DNA from: Octopus sinensis | Lineage: Eukaryota | NCBI RefSeq assembly: GCF_006345805.1 | Contig: NC_043013.1 | Coordinates: 42,842,001 to 42,906,000 of the forward strand | Reading direction: 5' to 3' | DNA: 64,000 nucleotides | Part shown: positions 12,693 to 26,900 of the stretch, piece by piece | Layout: each line of letters starts with the position of its first letter | Position numbering within the stretch: position 1 is the stretch's first letter | Translations under genes and position numbers: made by a program | The notes under the pieces: generated by a model | Database searches by the model: none | Seen by the model: only the letters and a program-made list of their open reading frames with translations | What the model was told of the DNA's origin: nothing

Positions 12693-15530
12693 TATAACAT
12701 TTTACTAAACTTTTTTCTGATTTAAATGAATCCGTAAATTAGATCCAGCAAGTATACAAAATTTTGAAAATTTTCACTTAATTTCAATTAAAAAATTTCC
12801 AAATCTGTGACAGTAATTGAAAAGATACTAACCCCAGACCGACCAATGCCTTAAAACTGTGGAAGCCTTTCAGATATCTATATCAGTGTGTGTGTGTGTG
12901 TTTCTCAACCACTGCTAAACAATCATTTATCATTTGTTTGCACCTCTGTAACTTATTGGTTTAGCAAGAATCACGATATAACAAGTCCTAGAATTTTAAA
13001 AAATAAGTACTAGGGGTTGATTTGTTTGACTGGGCTGGCCAACCTGAGGTCTGCTTCATACTTTCTTGAAATGGGTTTATTTAAACAAACATTTTTTTTA
13101 ATTTATCAAAAATTAAAGATTGTAATGAAAAGTAAAAAAGAAAGATATTACTGTTTTTGCAACGATAATATTTCATGTTGAATCAACGATCATTCATTCA
13201 TTATTGTAATAATAGCATGAGAAAGCAAAATGCTTTCAATTCAGTATACAAGTGGTCCTCAAAAAATTTCTGATTAAAGTGGCCCACTATGCAATTTGAG
13301 TTGGCCAGGACTGGACTAAACCCTTCAAGGTTGAAACAAGCAAAAAACACAAGTTAAAAGTAGCACTTTTTGAAAATAGCTATTTTTAAACACAGTGTAG
13401 TATGTATACATGAAGCATTTGAAGAGAAATACACATGGAAATAAATAATACATCTGCTTCAAGAGTAAAGAACATATCCAAACTTGTTTACAGTTAGAGC
13501 ACGCCATTTCTTTGTATAGCTAATGCAGGACTTCAATCCATAATGGACTCCTCTAAGTCAGTAGCATCATTAAAGTCAGCTACAAACAATTGCATTCACC
13601 TCTAGTTATGAAATTACTATACTCATCTTGTACTCAGAGTATGCTCTGGCAACCTGTCACCAACAGCTTTATCTTCCTTCCAGCTACTCTCACCTACCCT
13701 TGCAATAATGTGAGGTAGCCATTTATCTCATCTGTAGCAAGACAACTATGCTTGTCCCTCTATCACACCTTTGCCTTCAACACCTGACATAAAGCCAATT
13801 CCCTTCTCTCAAGTACACTCCTATTCAGTGGAGATCTTTTTTCCTTCCTTTACTTCATCTTTGCAAGTTATTTAGTGACATCAGAAGAGCCAGTTTCAGG
13901 AAAAAGGCACCAGTACACTCCATGAACTGGTTGGCATTAGGAAGGGCATCCAGCCACCCAAACCATGCCAAAAAACAACATTGGGGCCAGACATTATTGC
14001 AGCTCGTCAGATCCTTTCAAACCATCCAACCCATGATGCGTGTCTGAACTGATTTGTTCCCTCCAGACTGGACTGTATCTGTTGAATGTTGGCAGCATTA
14101 ATATCCTGCACAATGTGATTTTTGGTAGTTAGGAGAGCACATTCAAAGAGTCGGGCTTAATTTCTATAATTTCGCAAGGAGCTAGGATAAATATTTAATA
14201 GTATTTATTGTAGTATTGATGATTGTATTACAAACTTTTTGTTTGTATTTTCACAATTACGTTCTCAAGTTCATTAGTGGCTGATCATTGTTCCTTACTG
14301 AAGGAAAAGTTTTGCAAATTGGGATACTGACACACAGTTGTTACAAGCAGCACTCAGACATGTAGGAAGATTAAAGTTTTTACTCTTATCTTTAAATATA
14401 AGTTTCTCTGAGACATCCTCTCCACCTGTCAGCTGATGTACTACCTGAGATGATTGTCAGAATTCACCTGAAATCACTAGAGAACAACTTTACTTATGAT
14501 GTGAGTGTTAACTCTGGGAACTTATAAGGTATGATTGAAAGCCTCATGCAAGTCTGAGACATTATGAACTCCTATATTTTCAGTTGGACCTCCTTCTTCA
14601 AATCCTCTGCCAATAATTGCACACAAAAATGTCATTGTGTGCAAGGTTCTGTGGCAGCACATAGCAAAAAAGCCAGGTCGTGATACCTATGAGCAAGGCT
14701 ACAGCAATTCTGGACGAGGCCATCACAGAAGGAATTTGTTTGAATGAATGAACTTTTTGTGAAAATTAAGTTGATAAAAAGTCATCAAAATCAGACTGAT
14801 ACAAAAATAAACATTTTGACTGTTCCACCTGAAACTTCAAGGAAAACAAACAGGGACATGTTAAGATAGAAAGAGAGAGAGAAAGAGGAAAGTTGAGTAA
14901 TATAGAGCAAAACCAGAGAACATAAAGAAAAAATATAGAATAAAGGAAAGTCATGAGGAATACATAGTGAATAAATATAACACTTTGCGAGTGGTTTACA
15001 GTGAATAAAATTTATTTCTCCATATATTACATTCTATGTGGTCTCACTTCTTTATTACATTCTGTGATTGCTCTTCCCCTCTTTAGTAAATACAGCCAAT
15101 CTGGGCTCCACCCCCTCCTCTTTTATTAAAATATATCAACTGTGGGAACTGTATGTGTGTCAATAATAACTAATAAAATATAGCAACAAATATGAAGGAA
15201 ATAAATATATTAAGACAGTAATGTTAGAGGGAGTAGAGTGAAGATAGGGAGACGGCAGTATGTATGTGTGTGTGTGTGGCTGTGCGCGTGAAAGTATAGA
15301 AGGAGAAAAATATGATTGAATGTCCAAGAACCAAACACTAAGTGACAAATGGAATGCAGGATGTGGAAGATATACAGTTGTAGGGCAGGATTTTATTATC
15401 TATCAGATTCCATCTGCCACTCCAAAATCAAATACCTCAACATGACTCTCATACCTTAATCCTCAGTTCGGGTTTCACATAGACCCCATAATGTTGTAAA
15501 CGTCAAAGCTAAGCTCTTGCATACATCCAC

Positions 15531-18500
15531 TCATATACCACCACCACTACCACCCTCGTGTGTAACCATCATGATCCCACTACGTGACTGAGAATTGCCA
15601 AACATGTTACTAGGTCCCAAGTTCTGCCCCACCCCACCACTGTTACCAGGTCTACTATTGTCAACAAATGCCCCACTGGCATCACGCCCCGTTTTGTCCA
15701 TGGGGTTACCAAACCATTGTTCATTCGGTTGGTCCATGTCTCCATGCATGTGAGACCAGTTGTCCATTTTCCTATCTACACTGCCAGAACCCCAAGGAGG
15801 TCTCTGGTCAGGTCCACCACCTAGAAGGAATAAGACAGAGAAAACATTAGTTAATGACACACAAATATGAAAAATAAAGAGTTAAAAGAATTGTATAAGA
15901 GAAGGAATAAAAAAGGAGAATGTTGATTAATATCAAGATTGATGGATACACGGAAGAATAGGGTTTAACCCTTTAGCATTCAGATTATTCAGTCAAAAGT
16001 AATGTTTCTTTATTTATAATGACATTGTAGAGTAGGTGTGAGAACCTAGATCTGGATGAACATAAAACAGGTAGAATATTTGGGCCCAATGTAGCCAATT
16101 TCAATGCTTAAGTGTTAAAAGAAAAAAACAGAGAAGGACAGCTACCAAAAAGTGGAGGATGGGGGTGAGATTTTATTCAAGTGAGAGGGAAAGTGAAATG
16201 ATTAAAACAAGTGTAAGCTTACCAAAAGAATTTCTCACCCTTCCCAATCTATCATGAGCTGATATATTTCGTCGGTCGTGATCACGTCCTCGATCAGGAC
16301 CAACATATCTCCTATCAGGATCCCCACTTGGTCCCATATCTCTTCTTAACTCAAAAGGCATCCTATAAAGAGAGATAAATGAGATACAAAATTAGAAAAT
16401 TATTTCCTAATTGCTTAGAACCGTTGTAAAGGGACAATGTATAGAAGCTGGGCAAATAATAGATATTCACCTTTAAGATGGAACCAACTCAGAGTATATA
16501 GTGGACAACAATGTCGTGATACTGGACAAAATTTAGGCACAGGTGTAGCTGTGTGGTTAAGGACCTCACTCTGCAACCATGTGGTTTCTGGTTCAGTTTT
16601 ACTGTGTGGAAACTTGGCCAAGTGAATTCAATAGACAAACTATGTGGAAGCCCATCACAAACACACATACATACGTGCGCATCTGTGTTTATGTTTGTTC
16701 CCTCCTACTGCTTGACAGTACTTATTTATTTGTTTATGTCCCTATAACTTAGCAGTTCCGCAAAAGACATAGACAGAACACGTGCCAGAGACAATTTATA
16801 TAGCTGAAACCTTCAAGCTGCAGTTTATTGACTGAACTGAAACATGTGAGAAAAAAAACAGCAGCAGGTGTGGGGAAGGAGTAAAAAGATATATAAGAAT
16901 GCATACACTACATTCAGAAGCCAGCGATTGAGAAAGGCAAAAGAAACTTTAATTCAGAAATCAATGACAAAATACTGTCTCTACCACTGGCAACTTACCG
17001 CGATTCATTCTGGAAAGGAAGTTCAAATCTAGAGGGGTTACCAGAACTACTCATCCTGGACCGTTTACGTTCATCCCAGAGGTCATCATCACGTAGGCTA
17101 CTTCGATCATGGGGTCTTTTTGAAGGATGTCTCATATCATCAAACCTGATATTAAAAAAGAAAAAAGAAAAATAACAGTAAAATCAAGTAATTTGCAGCT
17201 GTACTGAATGACATGCAGCTGAAAGATATGATAAAATAGTAAACAACCTTAACTTTCAACAATTAACAACCAGGACACCAGTTGAGCTAACACACCATGC
17301 AGTCATTAAACATACTAGAAACGGCAATCAAAACATCCTCAAATCATCCCCAGCTGTCTTGGAAGAAAAACAAAATGTTGGATGTACTGGATAATGTAGT
17401 CCAACATTATACCCAGAAGAAAACAAAGATCAGAAAGGAAAAAGAAAAAAAGTAGAATGATCATAGCTGGAACACCCTTAATTATAGGTCTGCTCCTTCT
17501 GGGCTGACTTAGGGCTAAACAAACCCATCACCAGTGATTTAATATCCATGTAACAAAAACAAAGCAGTAAACAGCCCCACCAAAAAATTACAGATTACAT
17601 ACCAAAGTAGATAATGGGATTAATTCCTTGCTACTAAGTAGCTAAATACCATCACAGTAAATAATTTCATGTCAATATATAACAATGCTTTGTAGAACTA
17701 CTATTGCCATTTATTGTGACAATGATGTAAAGAATTCCTTCCAGCCATAACCAGTGGAATGTGATGATTTAGTTGTTATTGCTAGCAGATCAAGTGACAA
17801 TACCAAATACATGTTACCTCAAAGTGTTCTATTGTTGTTTTTTATCAGTGTGCCTGTGCCATGCATGAAATATCCATGCTGGTGCCACATAAAAAGGACT
17901 CAGCACATTCTGTCAAGTGGTTGATGTTAGGAAGGACATGCAGCCATAGAAACCATGCCAAAACAGACAACTGGAGCCCAGTGTAGCTATCCAGCTGGCC
18001 AGTTCCTGTCAAACTATCCAATCCATGCCACCGCGGGAAATTGACGTTAAGTGATGATGATGAGTGGTTGTATTTTGGATGTTGGATAATTCAGCTAGGG
18101 GTGGTGTTAGCACCACTGATGCATTGTCTTGCTTCCTCCATTATGAGATCAACACATCAACATTACCATATCTTTCCATGCATATCTTATCATTTTACAC
18201 ATATGAATCTCATTTGAGGTTATTTTCCACTATTACAAAAAATCCTACCTCCTAATTGCCAATCTAACAAACAAAACAAACATGAAATTATCCAAGGGAA
18301 ATAAAATATAATTCAGTAAAAAAAAACACCAAAATAACAGCAATAAGTTTGTCATAAGTATTTAGAAACTTTGGGGGAATGTGAAATAATTCATTTTCAT
18401 ATGTAGAGCTTGAAGAACATGAAGCTACAAATAATAACATGTAAATATTGGCTTAAAAACGCTTACATATAGAAAAAGTCAAAGGCTGCCGGTGGAACAA

Positions 18501-21500
18501 TGGTAGAATGTCTGTTAGATTTACAGAAGATGTAGGTACATGCTCGAGGACAGTCTTTTGGATTTTTCTATCCAAAAGGGGTTCCTAACCCAATATTTAC
18601 ATGCTGTTATTCATGGCTTTATCTACTTTTAAGTTCTACAGATAAAAATGAATCATTAAGTTTACAGCATAGCCTGTCTCACTTACCGCAACATGTCAGC
18701 AGACTGCATCTCTACGTCGCGCCTTTCCATTTCAAAAAGTTCTTTTTCCATCCTGTATCTTAATAATTTCTCTTTCTCCAGCTTCATTCTCTCTAACCTG
18801 AAAAATGTGAAAGAACATAAAGATAGTGTTAAGAATACAAACAGAAAAAAAAAAAGACAATTTCTGCCGACACACACCAACCTGTATGTACCCTAATACA
18901 TGTTCCTCTGCAAGAATACCCAAGACACATTCTTTTGAATCTAGAGGGAATCATATGTTTTTGTCGAAATGTCACTTTACAAACCTCAAATATTAGGAAT
19001 GTCAGATGACATTGATGAATCTACATAAACTATAAAGGTAAGCAGAATAAAGAAAAGCCTCTTGATATAGAATACAAACATATTTCATTCCTTGGAAAAG
19101 AGAAGCAAGTGGACGAAATAATAGAACATCAGTCTGCTAAACAACTGACCAACATCGCTGTGGGATGGACAAAGACATTTAAGTCTTAAGTTAACATTCA
19201 CATAACACCAAATAGGAACCATGCAGAGGTATCATATAACACCTTATCATTTCAAAACACAAACTACAAAGATAATATAGCCGTATAGATAGCCATAAAA
19301 AGTAGAATGGTCACAGTCTCTGATCATAGGTCTGCATCAAAACTAATCAACAACACATTTTACTAAAAGAATCAAGAAACTATGTCTGACAATCATTTCT
19401 TTAATGTTCATTGCTGCTAAGTTCAATTCGTCCTTGAGTTTTGAAAAGGTATTGAGAAAAAGGGCTCAAAATAGGTCATCTTCTCTTTATCTTGAAACGA
19501 AGTTAAAAATTTACAATGATGTCTAGCCAAACCTCTGAATTATCAGATATTAAAAATAAAAATATGAAGAAACTGCTAAAACAATTCAACCAAAGAATAT
19601 AAACAGTAAAAATTTATCACTGAATACATCTTACAAATTCTGATATTCAATTTTCTTCTCATATACACTGAATATTTTCCTTCTTTTACCATTTAAAAAA
19701 AATATCTTTGCCCTACTTTGTGAAAATTTCCAAATTTCTCACACCATTTAAAAGATCTTTAAAATGTTTTTTATAGCTCAAAAAGGAAGCGCAGCACACA
19801 ATGTGTTTATGCAGGGTGTCCACAACTGATTAGAAGAAGGGAAGAAGCTATCCTTAGATTAGGGACCTAACTTGAAAGCTTGAAAATGAGCATACTCTGC
19901 CAAAGGAACCCAAAGACTAGATGTGATCTTAAACTAGACAACATAATTCTACCACCAAAAACAGGGATGCCCCCTGCCCTCAGACAGCTTTTAACATAGT
20001 GTTCATCTATCAAAGCATTGGTCAACCTAAGACTATGTCAGAAAACACCTGTCCAATATGATGCACAATGACACTGAATTTGATATGATGTAGACGTGAA
20101 GTAAACTTCTTACCCACACAGTTAAGCTGTCCTGTCTTAAGCAGTTTAAATGTGAATGCACTTTTAACAAACCTAATCTTCTCTCTAACTTTGTTCAATC
20201 TTATGACCTCCTCCTCCAGTTTCTGTAACAGTATCAACATAATCTGTCTCACTTACCGCAACATCTCAGCAGAACGCATTTCTACATTACGTCTTTCTAT
20301 TTCAAGAAGTTCTTTTTCCATTCTGTATCTTAATAGCTTCTCTTTTTCCAGTTTCATTTTTTCCAATTTCATTTTCTCTAACCTGAAAAGAGTGAAAGAC
20401 TATAAAGATAACGTTTTAAAAGAATTTTAAACAGAAAAAAAAAGTGAGAACCCCTGCCTAATCACACCAACTTGTACACACATGTTACTCTGCAATAATA
20501 CCAGAGTGACATTCCTTCGAACCTAAGAGAAATTATGTATTTGTCGAAATGTCACTTTACGAAACTTAAATGTTAGGAATGTCAGATGATATTGAGAAAT
20601 CTACACAAGAACTATAAAGGTAATCCTGTTGATATAGAATATAAACACATTTCATCCCAGGGGAGAGAGAAGTGAGCAGGGTGGACAAAATAACAGAATA
20701 ACAATCTGCTAAACAATGGACCAACATCACTATGGAATGGATAAAGACACTTAACCCTTTGGCACAAAGATTTCCCTATCAAATGTAATGCATAAGCATT
20801 GTTTGTGAAATGATCTTGGATTATCTCAGAGATTTGACACTTCAACAACGTGATTGTATATTTTTAGATTAACATTAAATGTTAGGATTGTTAGATGATG
20901 TTGAGGAATCTACACACAAACTATAAAGACAGGCAGAATAAAAGCCTCTTCACATATAATATAAACACAATTTGGACAAAGATACTAAAGTCTTACATAA
21001 ACATTCACCCACAACTTAATAAGTACCATGTGAAGGTATCATATAACATCCTATCATTTTAAAACACAAAATACATAGACAATATAGTACTATAGATACC
21101 CAAATATAAAAAAAAAGGAACAGATAAACTTATAATGTCCTTGATCATAGACCTGTAAGATAAATAAACAATAAAACAAAGAAAAGTTCACAAGAATTGA
21201 GGAAATGTTTGTCTGACAATCATTTCCTTAACTTTCATTGCTGCTAAGTTCAATTCTTCTTTGGGTTTTGAAAGGGTATCGAGGAAAACTACTCTAAATA
21301 TATCGTCCTCTCTTTATCCTGAAACAAGAGTCAAAAATTTACAATGGTGTCCAACCAATCCACTGATTATAAAATCTTAACCCTTTTGAAACACATGATG
21401 TTTTGGTATGTGTAGACAAAAGGACCCAACATTTTTTTTTATATTGAGATACATCTACTGGAAGACAATCTCTGATTAGCTATTACATTTCAAAACCAAC

Positions 21501-23907
21501 CATTCACAACGTTTCTTCCATCAGACTGATGGACTGGCCTCAAACTCCTTACAGCTTGTATCATTCAGGTTGATCAATCAGCCTGGGTGTCCCAAGAGGG
21601 TAAAAATGATATCAGGAGATTGCTAAAACAATCTGAAGAAAGAATATAGATAGTAAATATATCATCCAATACATCTTACATATCCTAATCTTTACTTTCC
21701 TTCCCATATATACTGAATATCTTCTTTCATTATTCATTTAAAATAACTTACTCTCAACTTTTGTAACAACTTCCTAATTCCTCATAAGTCACAACTACTA
21801 TCTACAAAAACATCTAAAACAACAGTACTTAAGTCTTTAAGGCATAGCAGTATTTAAAGTGCTTTCTCAGAGTCTCCAAGACCAATTTGAAGAAGGGCAG
21901 AAGTTATCCTTAGATTAGAGACCAGGCCTGAAAGTTTGAAAAAGTGTGTAATGTGGTAAAGGCACCCAAGGACCAGATGTAGTCTTAAACAAGACAACAA
22001 AATAATTCTACCACCAAAAATAGGATTGGGCCTTGAGACAGCTTTTAACATTTGGTATCATGGCGGTGTGAAGTAAACTTCTTTCTCACAAAATCACAAC
22101 ATTCTGTCTAAAACAGTTTAAATGTGAATGCACTTTTCACAAACCTTATCTGCTCTCTGACTTTGCCCAATCTTTTCACCTCCTCCTTCTGTTCTCGTTC
22201 TACATTCTGTTGAAGCATCCGAGCCATATCAAGTTTTTTCAACCGACGCCTCTCCTGTTCCCTACGATTCCTTTGTCTCTGACGTAAACGCTGTCGCTCT
22301 CTTTCCTTCTGTCAAGAAATTTGGTGGGGTTTTGTTTTTATTTTCAAGAATGGAATATGAAAAGAGAATAATTATTACAAAGCAAAGAATAAAACAAACA
22401 TAAAATAAACAAAGAAACCCACACAAAACTAAATAACCGTACCAAATAAGACTACTGATATAATACATAGATGGACATAACAAATTGCAAATCTAAATAC
22501 CACAATAATTTAATACAGACACATCATAGATTTTTGCTATTCTGAATAAAACACAAAAACATCATAATACTCCTGTACCCAGATATAGAAACAAATCTTT
22601 TGTTTTACATAATTTTTCCATGCTACACTAGGAGATACATTTCTCTCTTCTAGCTAACCATTCAACCTTGAAGTAAAAGTGGAATAAATTTTATCAGTTA
22701 AGCAAAGTTGAGTAAGTAGAATTATATAATTTACTACAGTAAATAGGACAAAACATAACAGCTGCAGAAAGATTTGAAATTCTAATCATGTTCCCAGTAG
22801 CCCAGCGCTTCTATTCTAATGAAATAATTGACCTACTTCCACCTAAACTGATTGGAAATTTCTTTACATATTCTATACTGCAACAGCCACCACAATTACT
22901 ATCACAACTATTGTGACTATTGCAGAGTCACATCTGAATCTATCTGCATAATTTAAACAATTTCTTTAGGTTACATCTCAGGCGTGCTACACACTAAGAC
23001 CTTCACTGGAAGACAATGCATTTCAAAGCTAACACACCAGTTTTAAGGCAGGGGAGCTCTATCTCAAGATTTCAAGATGATATCAGGGATGATAAACCCT
23101 TTAAATTTAGGGTCAAATAAGTGGTATCAGCCACTCTAGTTTCAAGGCAAAATTATTTATCTAATTCTACTTCAACTACACACTTTAGCCACATTAAAAA
23201 CACATACATAAAATTGTACTTACTTTTATTTGATCAAATGATAAAATATCTTTCTTGGAAGCAGGGTCACCAGGCCCTCGTGGTTTAGGCTTTGTTGTAC
23301 TGAGAGCTTTCTCCTTGGCTCCTGCTGCTGCCGCAGGCTCTGCACTTTTCTCAGAGCCTTCTTTTGCAGCTGGTTCAGCTGTACTCTTACTTGGTGTAGT
23401 TGCATGAGATTTATCTGAAACAGTGAATCATTTATCACCATCATTTAATGTCCATATTCTTCCTGTAGCCAATTCTCACCTATTTTCAAGCAAGGTGATA
23501 TTTCCCATGACAACACAAATTTTTCACAGATGACTTAAAACCAACAAATTAATCTGTCCAATGGCAATGCTTCTTTACAACCATCTTATGACACCAAGAC
23601 AATGGTATAACATACATAATAGGCTTATTTCAATTTCCATCTACCAAATCCACTCACAAGGCTTAGGGCATCTCAGGGCTAAAGCAGAAGACACTAGCCC
23701 AAGGTACCACACATAACTACAAAACCACACTGGCACTGAAGATCCACCAGTAAATGTATTTCTATAAATCTTGCCAGTCGAACCCAGCACAAATCAGGAA
23801 ATTATTCCAGTACCATATTCTCTTCAGAACAAGCTACTCTTGTACAAAGACAAAACACACACACACGTGACCTTTAGTAAGACTGACCCAAGCTTTTGCA
23901 CAAGGAC

Positions 23908-23948
<41 letters not shown>

Positions 23949-26900
23949 GCGACCGTTAGTAAGACTGACCTGAGCTTTTGTGACGACTTCTGCTGCTCCT
24001 GCTCGTATGTCTTTTGTCATCTCTTCTGCTGGACGTTCTCCTGCTTTTATCATCTTTCTTTGATTCTCTCTTCTCAACTTTCTTATCACCATCTTTTTTT
24101 TCTGCAAACAGCACAAACACACATAGAGACACTATCACAATCTGGAGACTTCAAGGCAATACAGAGTTGCCTATAAGTGTCAACTAATCATTATCATCAT
24201 AGTTTTTAATGTCCACTTTTCCATGATTGCATGGAGAACAGGAAATTAGTTGAGGCAGATTTTGCTATGGACAGATGCACTTCCTGCTATGAACCCTCAT
24301 CTGGTTCCAAGTACAGTAATATGCTCTAATGACCAGGCATGTTTTCATGGAAGATTGGAAACACAGCAAACTGTTTACATCATAGCAACAATTCTTTACA
24401 GCTATCACAAAAAGTCAAGGCAAGGAGACAGCAACATACACACCCAAACACACGGATATGTTTATATATGTACTATATGTACAACAGACTTCTTTCAGTT
24501 TTTGCCTACCAAATCCATTCATGGGGCTTAGGTCAGCCTGGAACTATAGTAGGAAACACTCGCCTAAGGTACCACACAGTGGGACTGAAGCTAAAGCCGT
24601 GTGGTTAGGAAGCAAACTTCTTACCACACAGTCACACCTGATATTTATGATTCTTTGAATACTATTAATACTGTTAAGTAATTGTGAAATGCCAATGGTT
24701 TTATTAAACTAATTACTTGGTTAGTAACATGAAACACTAAGTCCAGCTAACTTCAATGCAAATGACCTATAGAGTCTCTGCATTGGAATTCTAGAGCCAA
24801 ATTCTGTTTAGAGTACAAATATGAAACACTGGAAGAAGTCATACCATCTTTCTTCACTTCAGGCTTTTCTACTTTCTTTTCTCCTGTTTTGGTTTCTGGT
24901 GCTTTAGCCTGAGTTGTAGGTTCTCTTTTAGCCTAAAAAAAAAAAAAACAGGAAATATTACTTATGACACCTCATCTCTAAACCCTTATTAACGATGTAT
25001 TTGTACTGCCTTCAAACACATACATACATTCAACAGTTTATCATCACACATCTCTCTACCAATAGATTATTACTGATATCATTGCACGTTATACATTCAC
25101 ACACACATCATAACTATGACCATCATCAGTCTAGCAGTTAAGATATTCAGGTTGGAGAAGAAAGCAGTGAAACTTCTTTACATCATACATAGCAGGGATA
25201 ATACAATCCATAAGCTTAAATGGGAGTTCAAGGGCTTGAGATAGCAGCTCACAAAGGCAAGAGGGGAGGAAAGGAGACCTCTCAATAAAAGTTCATGGCC
25301 CTTACAGCTGAATAGCAAAGGAGACAATGGACTAGGAAGCAAGCTAATTTTCAAGCAAACACATATGGGTTTACAAAATAGTTGCTGGGGCAAGGGTCAA
25401 ATCACTTGCTCCAGAGGCACAATCGAGTCATATGAGAGTTACTTTAAGAAGTGAGTTCAGGGACCATGACATAAGCCACTTAAAGCCCTTGAGCAATCCA
25501 TCTTCACCAGCTCTGGAATTTGACAACAAAGGACCAAGTTAGAAAGAGGTTTAGGAAATGGTTAAGAAGGTAAAGGGCAGGTTAAGCCCCAGAAGATGAT
25601 CAATACCTTCCAAAGAATTCAGTGAAGCCCTGAAGGTAATATGGAAGAAGATTGGGGTTGCTCATCAGTGGTAGTGTGAAGAAGGGGTGTTGAAAGGACG
25701 TTATTCTTCTGCACTGTTGCTAGCCACCTGACAAATTACCTCCAATGGAACTTCTATGCTGATACTTCAGTTCTGAAAGGACATCAGGGTGTCTAGAGCA
25801 TTCCAGTATGGTTAATCAGTTGATCAGAGAAACCTTCAACAAGAGAACTGGTACTATTGTGGCTGGACCTTACAAATGGCTTTTTAAACAGAACACAAAT
25901 TAAAAGACATCATTCTGAATTACTGCCACAACAGCTTTAGTGTCAGTCAGCTTTACAATATCAGAGTGGCACAAACCCAACAAGTGTACTGTAACTAAAA
26001 AAACATTTCAGTGATCCTTAACACACATGCTATGAAAATACTAAGCTGGTTGATGTGTACAGGACTGCTCACCAACACTGGTGTCTAATAGGTTCCCATT
26101 AAGGACATACTGACTATCCAGGAGGATCTTGAAGGGCTTTGATGAACTGATGACCTGGGTTTGCACCTCCAAGAGTTGAACAACACATATTTTTCTCAAT
26201 AACTGACCATAATTGATGATCTCAACCTTACTCTAAAGATAACCGATATCTATTTCAAATGCTGAGCATGTTTCTAACAGCTGACAATGAAATGCTGATA
26301 ACATTTAATTCAGTAGCTGATAAATGGGTCTGTAAACAAAATAATGAACTTTGGATAACTCACCCTTTCAACTGATATCATACGGCCATGCAGTTCAGTC
26401 TGATTAAAATGTTGAATACATTTAGAAGCTTCATGTGAAGAAGACATAGTTACAAAACCATAACATCGAGCACCAGGGCTTCGTGCATTTGTCACTACTT
26501 TGGCACCAACAACCTGATGTAGACAAAAACAAAAACTAAATTAAATTTTAAACACAAAAATTTACATAGGTAATTATTCAGCCCAATACTCATCAATATT
26601 ACCAATACTAATAAATTATTTCTGAAAATAGGTGCAGGAGTGGCTGTGTGGTAAGTAGCTTGCTTACCAACCACATGGTTCAGGGTTCAGTCCCACTGCA
26701 TGGCACCTTGGGCAAGTGTCTTCTACTACAGCCTCGGGCCGACCAAAGCCTTGTGAGTGGATTTGGTAGACGGAAACTGAAAGAAGCCCGTCGTATATAT
26801 GTATGTGTATGTATATGTTTGTGTGTCCGTCCCCCACCAACATCGCTTGACAACTGATGCTGGTGTGTTTACATCCCTGTAAGTTAGCGGTTCAGCAAAA

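Noticed and set aside
22309-22330. U12-type intron at the unusual acceptor (aaatttcttgacag)
   Set aside because: The matching donor is gtaagt, a standard U2 site, not GTATCCTT/ATATCCTT.
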